A stretch of 64,000 bases of DNA from Octopus vulgaris (GCA_951406725.2 OX597840.1:36022001-36086000), one strand, 5' to 3'. Positions 42,260-57,385 are shown, counted from the first letter of the stretch. Notes: a model not told the origin generated them from the letters alone. Numbers and translations are program-made.

Positions 42260-42532
42260 TAGGTACAGGACGTCACCAATTGTGCCAACAACATGAAACA
42301 CGTAAAAACAGGACAGGTAAACACAGAGAAGGGACCCTTCATCTGTTGGCTGCTATCTATCTACTCCTAATTTCGAGCGTTCAACGACAATATGAGCCTT
42401 GAAAGACAATCGCTCCCATAAATCCTGAAATAAAATTTAGGATTTAGGGAGGGACAAAGTTTGGAAGAAAAACGGGATAGTGAAGACATACAAGGAAACC
42501 GAACGAAAACAAACATGGAGAGTCGTTGGACC

Positions 42533-42609
<77 letters not shown>

Positions 42610-42624
42610 TGTGTGTGTTCTTTG

Positions 42625-42815
42625 ATTCTTTTATTCTTGAACTTGTTTCAGTCATTTGACTGCGGCCATGCTGGGGCACCGCCACGAAAAGTTTAGTTTA
42701 TTCTATCGACTTCTTTTACCAAACCGCTATGTTACGGGGACGTAAACACACCAACACCGCTTGTCAAGCGGTAATGAGGGTACAAACATAGACACAAAGA
42801 CTCACACACATACAC
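42625..42815 (-). mobile_element. SINE family B 3' half
   Basis: CTTGTTTCAGTCATTTGACTGCGGCCATGCTGGGGCACCGCC. Confidence 0.85.
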
Positions 42816-42819
42816 ATAA

Positions 42820-42852
<33 letters not shown>

Positions 42853-42885
42853 AATATATATATATGTATATAATTTATATATATA

Positions 42886-43121
42886 TATAATTTAGAGAAA
42901 AGACTATTAAACAATTCAATAAAGAAAGATGTTATTCACACCATATAGAAAACATACTATAAAAACCTTATTCTAAAAATCAATAAAGTACAATAAATAG
43001 TAAATAGTAGTAAAAAGTATTGATTTTTAGAATAAGGTTTTATAGTAATATGTTTTCTATATGGTGTGAATAACATCTTTCATTATCGAATTGTTTAAAA
43101 GATGCTTTTCTCTAAATTATA
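42886..43121. repeat. Palindromic element: ~100-bp arms, ~32-nt loop, in (TA)n
   Basis: AAAGATGTTATTCACACCATATAGAAAACATA vs TATGTTTTCTATATGGTGTGAATAACATCTTT. Confidence 0.92.
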
Positions 43122-43252
43122 TACATATATATATATTGTGAAATTTGATTTAAAATTCTTAAATTGAATTTTTCCCTGTAAGTTTTGGAATTATATTCAA
43201 TACTATAATTATTATTTTTATTATTATCATTATTATTATTATTATCATAATT

Positions 43253-43283
<31 letters not shown>

Positions 43284-43321
43284 TCATTATTATTATTATT
43301 ACCATTATTATTATTATTATT

Positions 43322-43868
43322 GAGTGAGCGAGCAGAGCATGCCATCAAAGTGACACTGGGGTAAAATATACGAAGCCCAATATACCCATCATGACTACCC
43401 GTCTGGTAAGGGTACACCAGGCACATGCATCACAACCATATGTGCGCGACATGGTGATCGCATATCAAGATAAACAGCACATGACCTTGCAGGTGGGGCC
43501 CAGTTAGAATTTTCTTCAAGTTGAGTAGCCCATCCCGCTCAAAAGGTCCTTGAATAAGGGTTGTTTAAGGATGTTGAAAGAACCACCCATGTTTCCAGAG
43601 GTGAATTATTCAAACCCCAAAGAATCTCTCTCAACACATGGCTATGATGCTCCCTCACTACTTCTGCTCGTGATCAGAGATGCACATATCGTCAGCCACT
43701 AAGGGACATGCTCAACTGGTTAAGGTCAAACAACTGGCAAGCAAATCTGTGGTATTGAGCAGAATATTTGCTGTAGCCCATCTTTTATACCAAGACAAAA
43801 CAATGTACATGATAAGTTAAGATGAGAAGCCATGAGAGCCACTGCCTGGTACTGCATCAGGGCATTTA
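43322..43868. mobile_element. ~545-bp non-coding element inserted in (TTA)n
   Basis: Sharp switch to balanced base composition between two TTA arrays; no ORF, TIR or tRNA head seen. Confidence 0.6.
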
Positions 43869-43871
43869 TTA

Positions 43872-43911
<40 letters not shown>

Positions 43912-43991
43912 TATACATGTTTACATATATATATGTACATAGATATATATCTATATATCTATTTATATTTTTATGTATAAGTAAAAGCGAT

Positions 43992-44191
<200 letters not shown>

Positions 44192-44456
44192 TGGGCTTCC
44201 GCAGAGTTTCTGTCTAACAAGTTCTGGAAGATTCGGGTTGCAAAGTGAAAGTCTTAACCTCACCGCCACGCCTTCGTCTGCTGGAAGAACAAAAATGATA
44301 ATGAAATGTCTAGGCAGAAATTAGAGAAAAAAAAATGCACTTTTTAATTAGTAAAACATCTTGACGATAATTGGTGTAACTATAAAAAATGAGATGCACA
44401 CCGATTTGGTTGTACACATCCGTACACACAGATTAAAATGATTTTTATTTACACAC

Positions 44457-44858
<402 letters not shown>

Positions 44859-44886
44859 TATATATATTTATATTATATATATTGTG

Positions 44887-44946
<60 letters not shown>

Positions 44947-45249
44947 AATTTATAAAATAACAATGAATGAACGAATAAAAAAATTACGATCGATGAATGC
45001 AATTAATAATTATAATTATAAATATCTAATCGTGTATCGGAAAATGGGAATTCATTTGGAGAAATAACAGCAACAACAATAACAACAACAACAGCGACAA
45101 CGGTGACGGCGATGATGGTGTGGACGGCGATGGAGGTGACATCAATGACAATTGTGATGACGTTGGTGACAAATAGCAGGGATATCCGCCGCCATCGCCG
45201 CCATCACAACCATCATCAGCAGCAGCAGCAACAGTAGCAGCAGCGGTAT

Positions 45250-45342
45250 TCACATTATCATAATCATCACCATCATCACCCTGATCGTCATCAGTCGTAT
45301 TATTACCATCACCACTATCGCCATCATCTCCATCATCAACCG

Positions 45343-45388
<46 letters not shown>

Positions 45389-45876
45389 GTTGTCGTAGTC
45401 TTCATCGTCATCGTTATCATCATCATCGTCATCACCATCATCATCAACATCGCGATAGTCATCATCTTCATAATCATCATCATCATCATCATAATCATCA
45501 TCATCACCATCACCAGCATCATCATTACTATCATCATCATCATTATCACCACCACCATCACCATCATCATCACCATCACCATCAACAGTGTCATTATCAT
45601 CATCATCATCTTCATAATCCTCACCATCATCATCATCATCATCATCATTGTCATTATCCTTACCGTCATCATCATTGTCCCCAACAATCACTATCATCAT
45701 CATCACCATCATCATCACCATACCATCATCATCATCATCATCACCATCATCATCACCATACCATCATCATCATCATCATCATCGTCATCATCATCATCAT
45801 CATCATCATAATCATCATCTTCATAATCATCACCATCACCATCATCATCCTCATCATCATCATCGTCATCATCGTC
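45250..45876. repeat. Degenerate (CAT)n microsatellite
   Basis: Direct reading; source of the poly-Asp/Met/His ORFs. Confidence 0.92.
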
Positions 45877-46354
45877 AACATCCACGACAACCAAACCGTC
45901 TCTATCTGGAATGACCTGATAACTCCTAACTAACATTCATTGTGTTTTAATTATAATTTGCATAATATCACATGGCAATGATATTCAGTTATTTTGTAAT
46001 CTATAATTAACTCCGTGTGTATTAATTGCTATGTCGACGTAGTTAGCACCTCTCGCTTGCCAAATTTTCATTTTCTCCGGCGTTAAGATTTGAAAACAAA
46101 AATGGAAGCTTCCCCCTGGACGAAACAAAATGGAAACCAAGCGAAATTGAACAATGGCCGTTGTCAGTAAAACAATCGGTAGCTGCTTGATAAAATAAGT
46201 TTGTATTACAGTGACCTGATACCGGCTGATAGTGATTTCGAAGTCGTGACGGGATGCGTTTTAGGTTAAGGGTCGTCAACTCTGGTTTTGCCCGGGTCAC
46301 TTCTCTGATGCTGGATCGGTGATAATTGGTGGATGAATGGGAAATATATACACG

Positions 46355-47160
46355 GGCGCAGGAATGGTTGTGTGGTAAGAAGCTGCCGGCGTGTCCCAAC
46401 TCTCCTCCGGCGGGTGTGCCGCTGGAGGATGAATTTGTGGTCCTCTTCCACAAAGGAGGAACCGTAGGAAATGAAGTCAAGAAAATGGAAAGGAGAGGCC
46501 GATGGGAGGGGCTTCTGTCCTGCACGGAGGACCCTGAGTGGCCTTCGCAGGTGGCTGCGGAGGTCCTACAGGATAGTGATGTGTTCAGGATCATGAATTC
46601 CTTCCCGGAGGACTCCTACAGATTTATGGCTGTGTGGTCCGGCTTGGAACCGAGTACATGCTTCAATGAAGCAAGGAGACTGGTCGACTGGATTACTTGA
46701 ACTTTTTGGACTCAAAATAGAGTCTACAAAATGTGAAATATGTGACTTTTTGTGTAATGTACGAGGTTTATAACCTCTTTGTGTTTTAAAAAAGAAAAAA
46801 AAAGAAAGAATTCTGAACATTGTGTTTTTATGTAAGAGGTTTATTGCCTCATTGTGTTTTGGGGGAAAAAGGGAAAAAAGAACATTGTTTTAGAGAAGCG
46901 AAAGTCGGTGGGTGCTTTTCATCTTCTCCCATCATCATCATTTTTGCATCACCATCATTCATCCCATTAATGTCCGTGTCCAGCCCGCAAAGCTTCTATA
47001 TGTGTGACGCCCTTGTGGAAAATTATATGAAATAAAGAAGCTTGCTTCCCAAGCATATGGTTCCGGGTTCAGTCCCTTAAGCAGGTGCCTCCTACTATGG
47101 TCCTTGTGAGTGCATCTGCTAGATAGAATCTGAAAGAAGACCGGCCTGAGTGTGTGTGTG

Positions 47161-47226
<66 letters not shown>

Positions 47227-47430
47227 ATTGTGGTTGCCCCTCCACCAGCGATTTACAACTGGTGCTGGTTGGTTACGTCACCCTAACTTACCGGTTCGGC
47301 AAAATTTGCCGATAGCATAGGTACCAAGGTAAAAATAAAACAAAAGTAATAGAGTCGATTAATTCGACTAAAATTCATACAGGCTGTGCCCCAGCATGGC
47401 CTCAGTTTGATGGCTGAAGCAAGTAAAACA
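46355..47430 (+). mobile_element. SINE family B copy interrupted in its tRNA-like head
   Basis: Head GGCGCAGGAATGGTTGTGTGGTAAGAAGCT resumes at 47043 with TGCTTCCCAAGCATATGGTTCCGGGTTCAGTCCC and runs to CCAGCATGGCC..GCTGAAGCAAGTAAAA. Confidence 0.85.
46385..47034 (+). mobile_element. ~650-bp retroposed insertion with 8-bp TSD and a 105-codon open frame of unknown product
   Basis: TSD AAGAAGCT at 46377-46384 and 47035-47042; frame 46386-46700 open; 3' end with AATAAA and Tx1-like terminal motif. Confidence 0.8.
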
Positions 47431-47917
47431 ATATACACACACACACACACACACACAAACACAGACACACATATATATGTAAATATATATCCATATATAT
47501 ATATGTATATATATACGTATATATATGCACACATATGAATATATATATACACACATATATACATATATATATACATATATATATACACGTATATATACAA
47601 ATGTATGTATATATATATACGCATATGTATATACATACATATACATATATATATTTACGTACATATAGATGTATATACATATACATATATATATACAGAT
47701 ATATATATGTATATATATATATAAAATATATATGTATGTATGTATATGTACATCTATATGTATGAGTGTATGTGTATTTTCTATCTGTGTGTCCACTAAC
47801 ATTTTCGTATACATACGCACACATGCATATACACGCATATATATATACACACATAGATATGTATATATATATACATATACATACATATATATATATGTGT
47901 ATATACGTATGTGTATG

Positions 47918-47989
<72 letters not shown>

Positions 47990-48316
47990 TGTATGTATGT
48001 ATGTATGTATGTATATATACATATATACATATCCGCGTATGTAAATCAGTTCGTGTGAATCGAACGAGGTGTTATTCTGTGATTCCTTAATGCTAATATT
48101 TTTCGTAGTTATTGCTTCGTTTTGTTTTGTTGTCTACTTGTGTTTTTCTTGTAATTTCTCATTAAAAAATATGAATAATTTCATTATTGAGCATTTATTT
48201 TCATTTTTATATTTTTATTTTTCACATATTTATTATTTTCACATACAAATATATATCGGTGTGTGTGGCATGTGTGGCGTGTGTGGTTGTGTTGAGTGCG
48301 TGAATATCTACATATA

Positions 48317-48385
<69 letters not shown>

Positions 48386-48441
48386 TGTATTTATGTATGT
48401 ATATATGTATGTATATATGTATGTATGTATGTATATGTATG

Positions 48442-48487
<46 letters not shown>

Positions 48488-48658
48488 TAAATATTTTTAT
48501 ATATATACACACATATATATATACATACATATAATATATACATATATGAATATATGTATGTCTAGAAATACATACATACATACATACATACATACGTACG
48601 TACGTACGTACATAGAAAGACTGACAAGCGGACAGGCAGATATACATAGCAGACAGAC

Positions 48659-48826
<168 letters not shown>

Positions 48827-48999
48827 TATTTATTTATTTTATCTTCTTTTTCTTGATTGACTGAAATAAATTTTACTAATATAGACAAGCGATGATAATA
48901 ATATGGTGAAATAAAATGGCTGCTGCTAACGAAACTGGTGAAATTCGGTGGCCTGTGTAATATTTGTCTTAATTTCGTGTTAACGAGAATCGTCAATTT

Positions 49000-51360
49000 G
49001 TGCAGAACTATCACAGAACCAAATATATAGGCTTGCAGAATTACCTAAATTAATATGCATACGTGTATACGTATCTATGTTTGCTTGGTGCAGACATTAA
49101 GGAGATTTCAAGTGTCCTTGAAAAGGAATGTTCTTTTAAAAATCGTTTGAACTATTTGTGTAACTGTTTGATGTACTTTGAAAAAATTAGAGTTTCGGCC
49201 CTGAAGACAAAAAAAATAGAAGAAAAATATCCGAAAAAGCTGATTTCTCATTCCCCTGAGCCAGTGAGAAGTCGTTTGTACTTTCGGGACAAATGTTATG
49301 TAATAAACTTATTGACGCCGGGTTGAAAATCGTAGCGGAAAGTTTTCCTGAAATTCCAACACAAGAGACCATTTTTTCTCACACGGAATTTCTAACATAC
49401 AATCCAACCGTACACTGTTCATTCATCACGCCAGGAACAATCATTTTGTTTTGTGGAACAATTTTTTCTGAGATATTTATATTTATGACAGTTTGAACTT
49501 ACCAATATCACAAGAACTAACAGCACAAATAACGATGCTGTACTCACCACAAACAAACATAAACCCTACATTTCAATAAGGTCATATAAACAATCCCCGA
49601 GTTGGTCCATATGATTGTGGCCTTTTTGCCCGGGTGTACGCATCTGAACTGGTCATTCGAAAAGCTCCAGAGAAGTTTTTATTTGATCAATCAAAAATGC
49701 GAGCACATTTAATATTTTGCCTCGAAAACAATAAACTTGTTCTTCTACCGAAAGTAAAGGTTTTTCAAATGTCTACAAAAGCCACAGAAGTCACTCACTT
49801 CCTTTCATCCACCCAGAAATGGATTACCCCTAGAAAGACGGCTTAACTCTTTTAAGCACTGAGGCCGTGTCAAGAACTGTTTTTTGGAAACCATGGACAT
49901 TTCTTCCTTATATCCCAATATTGACCACAATGAAGGGGTAGAAGCAAGCATGGATGCCTTCGAAAAGCAGACAAACAAAAGTATTCCATCAAATTAGATT
50001 ATTGAGGTTTGTGTTACAAAGTAACACAATGAAGGTTAGATAAAAATGCTACCACTAGACGGGGGAGTTGCGCCATGGGTAACCCCATGGCAGTTAATTT
50101 CGGTAATGTCTTCATGACGAAATTCGAGATACACTTACTGAAGACATTCAAATCCCTTCATGGTCATGAACCAATACTCTGGTTACGGTTCACTGATGAC
50201 GTCGTTTTTGTCTGGGAAGAATCACAGGATAGTTTAATGGACTTCTGGCATTTCTGTGACTGTTAGGCGAAAAACTATGGCTTTAAGTCCAACACAAAAT
50301 TTACGTTTAGTTTTTCAAAAAAATAGCGTTGGAATTTTGGACAAAACAGTTTTCTGGGGTAGAATGGTAACAGAGCTATTTCACAAGCCAACATCTTCCC
50401 ACATTTGCCTCCACCACCGCTCCGATCATCCACATCATATTATTCAGTCAAATCCGAAATCTCAATGCTTGAGGATAAATCGGATTTGTACTGACAGAGG
50501 GGATTACTGGAAACATGCACATATTTTTGTACATCATTATGTCAAACGCGGTTATAGTGAATCGCGATTAAAGGAAATTGCAAATGCCATGGCTAAGATT
50601 AGCAAAGATAGTCAAACCTTCACGCATAATCTTAGCAAACAATGTGACAGGTTTTCCTTTGGTGATTAACCGGCACCGAATTTCGCTGACATTTCAAAAG
50701 TGTTGCATGAAAGTTACCAGCATGTGGCGAAAAAATGTCCTGGTTTCAGACGCCTGTTGTGGCCTTTAAACGGAATAAGAATATAAGAGAATTATTGACC
50801 TCTATATCTGACTCCAAGAAAACGAACATTGGAGTATTTACACGCTGTACCTTAAAGAACAGCCACAAGAGAGGTAAGGCTTGTTTGTTGTGCAACAACA
50901 TGAGTCAAGTGAATTCCATCAGGAATCATAACAGAAATGTTATGATTTAAACAGAATGTGGGACATGTAAAGATTCCCATTTGGTGTACGCTGCAGAATG
51001 CATCAAACACAACTTGATTTATGTTGGTTGTACAACAGAACAATTAAAAAAAAGATTTAATGGGCGCAGATTCGATGTCTGGCACAATAACAGGAGTTCG
51101 ACAGAACTTGCTGAACATTTCGTTTCAAGCGGCTGCAATTTTAAAGAAGACTTGAAAGTGTATATTCTCAGAAAATATTCTGAATCTGCTTCACTTTCGC
51201 TTCTCAGAATGCATGAGAAATATGTTTGCGGGTTATTAACATCACGCCCGGAAGGAATGACAGGAGAATGTCATCAAATTTTTACGAAACTGTTTGATTA
51301 AATATTCTTCTTTTTCCTTTTCTTTTTTCTTTTCTCTTTTTTCTGTCTTTTTTTCTTTTC
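49000..51360 (+). mobile_element. Degenerate Penelope-like retroelement (RT + Cys linker + GIY-YIG endonuclease); 5' boundary approximate
   Basis: MDISSLYPNIDH (~49893), GVAMGNPMAVNFGNVFM, WLRFTDD, ELFHKPT..LHHRSDHP..SQCLRINRIC, FKRNKNIRELL, CLLC, LVYAAEC..IYVGCT, RPEGM; many frameshifts. Confidence 0.93.
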
Positions 51361-51482
51361 GCCTGTTATAAAATCAACCCTTGTTTGTATAAAGACATAG
51401 CAACACACGTAAACATCACCTCGTTATGAAGATGAGACTACGAACTAATATAGAACACCACAATACTAACTTTAACAATTTA

Positions 51483-51877
51483 CTAGCAGTACCACCCGGC
51501 GTTGCTCGGGTTTGTTTCGACCCTTTAGAATTAGAATTTTTGAAAAGTAAAACTTTTGCATTATGTAGCTTGTTATTCTCTTTAAGTGAATATTTTTCTG
51601 GTTGAAATACACCGAAAAATGGCGACACAGCAGTAAAAAGATCGTAAAAAATTGGGATTTTCATAGAAAAAAAGCATCTTTTTATGTAAATAATTTTTGG
51701 TGCTAACATAGTCCGATTTGAATTTTTTCTTCTACGGAAGGAAGAGCAAGCCTTCTTCTATCATACTCTCAATTTTGGTCAACTTGCGCCGCGGGGTCTC
51801 GGAGGAGATAGTGTTAGTTGAAGGCTACCAAACCTGCCACACACAGACAGACAACTTCAGCTTTATATATATAGAGA
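51483..51877 (-). mobile_element. Non-autonomous Helitron family H1
   Basis: Highly similar to 11013-11402; TC...CTAG ends; A|T target. Confidence 0.92.
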
Positions 51878-52493
51878 TTTCAATAGTGAGGAATAAACCA
51901 AATCGTTGCTGCGGTTCTCACGTCTGACCCGAAGCTGAACAACAAAAGCATCTCAACAGATTTCCTACCGAAATTCTGTTGTTTGGAATCAACTTATCCG
52001 GTGTATATATTGCTTCGTTTTTCGTTTCCCGTGTGATTCCTTTTGCTTCTTTTTTTTTTTTTTTTTTTTGTACAAACCGAAAGTCTTGCAGACTATTACA
52101 TATTGAATCAATCTCGACAGAACGTAATTAATATCTTCATAAAAATATAATAAAAATAAAACACAAGAAAATACTTCGTTAAAAAACAGAAACGAAATTT
52201 CGTAAAACAAAAATAAAAAGAGAATCTTATTCATCTATTTTGCTTCATTTTTGTTCCTTTTTTTTCTTTTTTTTTTTTTTTTTTTTTTTTCTTTCTTTTT
52301 GGGTATCATTATTTATTCATGTTTGATTGTTAATCATCAATAAAGAAAAAAGCGCTGTAGACATTTCGTATCTGAAGTAATTTCTCAGAAACCAGCTAAA
52401 ACAGTCAAATACTCAATCATAAAAGACAGAGGCACATCACAGACACACACACACACACACATAGAAAAACATACATACATACATACATACATA

Positions 52494-52532
<39 letters not shown>

Positions 52533-52627
52533 GGGCATCTATGTATCATATATATATATATATATATATATATAACATATATGCATATATAAATTTAGAT
52601 ATTTATATATGTATATATAAGTATGTA

Positions 52628-52669
<42 letters not shown>

Positions 52670-52723
52670 GGGCATCTATGTATCATATATATATATATAA
52701 CATATATGCATATATACATTTAG

Positions 52724-52757
<34 letters not shown>

Positions 52758-52862
52758 ATGTGTGTATGTGTGTGTGTGTCTGTGTATGTATATGATACAT
52801 ATAGGTAGATATAAACACGCATGTAAAAACATACATATATATATATATATGTAGAGATGGAT

Positions 52863-52900
<38 letters not shown>

Positions 52901-53149
52901 GGGTGGGGTGCGTGAGTGTTTGTGTGTAAAATGATGGTGGTAGAAGTTCGTGATACTTGTAATGATCTCTGCAAGAAGTGGCAACCTGGTTAAACTGTTC
53001 GCCGGAATATCTTGTGCTGCAATATTTTCCGTAAGAGACAGATTACCAAATGAGTTTAGTGTGGAATTTTACAGTCAGGATCTACCTGTAGAATGTCAGT
53101 CGATTGTGTTTCTCTATATAGATAGCTCGATCGATCGATAGACAGACAA

Positions 53150-53273
<124 letters not shown>

Positions 53274-53300
53274 CTAGATATTTAGATTGATAGATTGATG

Positions 53301-53379
<79 letters not shown>

Positions 53380-53391
53380 GGACAGACAGAC

Positions 53392-53481
<90 letters not shown>

Positions 53482-53504
53482 GCAGGCAGATAGGCAGACA
53501 GATA

Positions 53505-53640
53505 CACATACACACGAAGGATTTCCTTCACTTTCCGTCGCCCAAGGCGTTATTCGGCCATGGACATTAGTAAACGGTACTTGCCCGAGACGCCGCGTAG
53601 TGGAACTGAACCTGGAACTACACGGTTGCATAGTTGCACC
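53505..53640 (-). mobile_element. Diverged SINE family B 5' half
   Basis: ACTTGCCCGAGACGCCGCGTAGTGGAACTGAACCTGGAAC. Confidence 0.7.
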
Positions 53641-53904
53641 TATAATTCCATGGCTGCACCTATAATGGGTATTAGCTGTTCAAATGAATTGACTTAAACA
53701 GCAACTCATCCGAAAACTTGGTCGTTGAATCGATTATTTCTTCCCCTCCTTTTTCGGTACTTGAAGCACTTTCCAGACACCTTGTCCATTATTCCATCAC
53801 AAATTCAACAGAATACCAAATTCCACCTTCTATCTTTGCCGATTAATTCTGTAGAACTTATACATACTACATACATCGTTCCTTCAGTGTGTGTGAGTGT
53901 AGTG

Positions 53905-54004
<100 letters not shown>

Positions 54005-54171
54005 TGTATATATATATATATGTATATATATACACATATATATATATACATATATATGTGTATATGTATATATATATATACATATACATATATATATATA
54101 TAAGTACATATATATATACATATACATATATATAAGTACATATATATATACATATACATATATATAAGTAC

Positions 54172-54214
<43 letters not shown>

Positions 54215-54351
54215 TAGGGAGAGAGTTATACATATGTATATATATTCACATATATATATATATATACGTATATACACACATATATGTACATATAGATATA
54301 TATATATATGTATGTACATATGTATATATACATGTAAGAATATATATGTAA

Positions 54352-54392
<41 letters not shown>

Positions 54393-54738
54393 TATACATA
54401 TGTGTGTATGCAGTTAGATAGATACAGAAAATGTAAAATTCTGTATTCTTTCCATGGACTTTACGTAAATACACTTCATGTAAATATATAATGACGGTAG
54501 TGGTGGTGATAGTAGTGAGGGATGGATGGATGGTGGTGGTGGTGGCGGCGGTGGTGGTGTCGATGATGACGACGACGACAATGGTAATGTAGAAGGAAGG
54601 AGTGGAGGAGGAGAAGAAAGGAAGAAAAAAGAATGACAGTGACGGTGAAAAAAGTAAAAGAAGGAATGAATAAGAAGGAAGGATAGAAAAAAAATGACAG
54701 GAAAAAAGTAAAGAATGAAAGAAAGAAAGAACAAAAAT

Positions 54739-54772
<34 letters not shown>

Positions 54773-54899
54773 GAAAAAATAAAAATAGAAAGAAAGAAAA
54801 ATGGAAGAATAGAAGAAAGAAAGAATGAACGAAAGAATGAAAGAAATAATGAATAAAGGATAATGAAGAAGAAGAATGAATGAATGAAGAAGAATGAAT

Positions 54900-55090
<191 letters not shown>

Positions 55091-56062
55091 CGACTGAACT
55101 TCATTCCACTAAACTTGCAGTTGTTCGATTTTGCGGTTAAGCAAGAATGCGATATTCTTTTAACAAGGAACCAATATTAGATTTCGAATTACTATAAGAT
55201 TATTCCGGTGACATCAACGAAAGACATCACAGTCCACTTACAGAAGAATAATTGACAGTATCTAAGAGAAACTAAGAGAAACCATGTTTCCATCTTTATA
55301 AAACTAAGACACTTTCATTGAATTACAACTTTCGTCTTTGATGCTTACCAATTCCTCCTGTTATATGCTGTCTTCCTGCTAGATCAAACTTCTAAGCAGC
55401 TTCTTGAAATAGTCCACTTTTCTTTGTTCGCTAACTAAATATGTACATTCGCTAAGTTGAATAAAGTAACTTTACCAAACCAGCAAGCGATATAAAGATT
55501 CTTTGGAATAATTCTTCTGTTCATGTTGTTCCTGGTTGTGGAATCGAATAATCTTTAATCCCATCTTTAGATAAATATAGAATTCGTTCGATTCTATAAG
55601 CATTGTTGACTGTGGTCTTAGATTACATCTTAATATCTATAGACGTGAGGCAGAACGGAGAGATAGGAACAGGGAAGAAGTGTCGTATGAGTTGAAACTT
55701 GTGGGAGTGATGGCTAGTTTAGGGTGTGGTGAAGGTGGGGAGTAGATCGGGGTATAATGGAGGTGTGGGATGGATTGAGAGAGAGTGAAGGTATGAGATG
55801 AGTGAGACGGATTAGAGGCGTGGAATGAGTGAGAAAGAGAGAAGACGTGGGGTAGATTGAGAGATATGCAACAGATGTGGGTAGTTGGCGACTTAGGGGA
55901 AGAGTGGGATAGACTGTGAGCTAGTGGAGCTGTGGGATAGATTGAGAGAGAGTGATGTAGGTTGAGTGAGAGATGAGTTGTGGGATGGGTTAAGCGAGAG
56001 TGGAGTTTAGGGATGACTGAAAGAGAGTGGGGTTGTAGGATAGATTGAGACTTTGGGGAGTT

Positions 56063-56395
56063 ATGAAATAGACTGAACGAAAGTGGAAGTGTGGGATAGA
56101 TTGAAGGAAAGTGGAGGTGTGGAATAGACTGAACGAAAGTGGAAGTGTGGGATAGATTGAAGGAAAGTGGAGGTGTGGAAGACTGAAGGAGAGTGGAGGT
56201 GTGGGATAGATTGAAGGAGAGTGGAGGTGTGGGATAGACTGAAGGAGAGTGAAGGTGTGGGACAGATTGAAGGAAAGTGGAGGTGTGGGATAGACTGAAG
56301 GAGAGCGAAGGTGTGGGATAGATTGAAGGAAAGTGGAGTTGTGGGATAGACTGAAGGAGAGTGGAGGTATGGGATAGATTGAAGGAAAGTGGAGA
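56063..56395. repeat. 28-bp purine-rich minisatellite (GTGGGATAGAYTGAAGGARAGTGGAGGT), ~12 units
   Basis: Period 28 (56091, 56119...); decayed units extend back to ~55690. Confidence 0.92.
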
Positions 56396-56404
56396 TTTTG
56401 TATT

Positions 56405-56572
56405 TCAATAGAAATACAAAATGGCTGACGGTTTAGTAAGGAGAGACACACAAATAAGAAAGAAGAAAGCAAAGGACCACTGATGCGGTCACAGGAGTGT
56501 GAAGAAAGAACTCTGACCGAAATAAGATTAAGTTTAATGTAAAAAATAAATAACACTGAAGCAAAGTAACAC

Positions 56573-56578
<6 letters not shown>
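56405..56578 (+). mobile_element. Second copy of the pLTR-like repeat at 25335-25490
   Basis: AAATACAAAATGGCTGA..TTAGTAAGGAGAGACACACAAATAAGAAAGAAG; CTGATGC-GGTCA..TGACC-GAAA. Confidence 0.6.
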
Positions 56579-56620
<42 letters not shown>

Positions 56621-56929
56621 TATACGTATGATGTATGACTTAGATGTTTATAAATATATATATGTATATATATATACATATATACATATACGTTCATACA
56701 TGCATGTATGCATACATACACATGCACACACAGACATCTTAGATTATTTATTTCCAAGTTGCGTTTCCTATTTATAGTTTCGAACATAAATTCACATAAA
56801 TCCAAATATAACAGGAATTTCGAATAAAATATCTAATTAAACAATTCCAGCGACAGCTGCATTTCTGCCCCGTCTAATGCATATTGGCTTTTCCTCATCT
56901 CTGTCGTTAGTTTTATTGTTTTTACCATT

Positions 56930-56947
56930 ATATAATTATTATTATTA

Positions 56948-56983
<36 letters not shown>

Positions 56984-57098
56984 TCATTATTATTATAATT
57001 ATTATTATTATCATTGTTATCATTATTCTTATTGCTATTTATCTTCATTATTATCACTACTATTATTATTATTATTACTATTATTATTATTATTATTA

Positions 57099-57139
<41 letters not shown>

Positions 57140-57300
57140 TTATTATTATTATTATTATTATTATTATAATTATTATTATTATCATTATTATCATTATTCT
57201 TATTGCTATTTATCTTCATTATTATTACTACTATTATTATTATTATTATTATAATTATTATTATTATCATTATTATCATTATTCTTATTGCTATTTATCT

Positions 57301-57385
<85 letters not shown>

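Noticed and set aside
42262-42530. Another pLTR/hammerhead fragment on the minus strand
   Set aside because: Repeat-like and microsatellite-flanked, but core motifs are out of order or degenerate
45026-45721. 231-aa Asp-rich ORF resembling acidic biomineralisation proteins
   Set aside because: Degenerate (CAT)n open in several frames; no signal peptide or exon boundaries
46326-46385. Start of the 124-aa track ORF as a real N-terminus
   Set aside because: The first 20 codons are flank and SINE head upstream of the TSD; only 46386-46700 belongs to the insertion
55990-56805. 271-aa ORF with repeated FLQSIPHL motif
   Set aside because: Translation of the 28-bp minisatellite and adjacent microsatellite; the period is not a multiple of three
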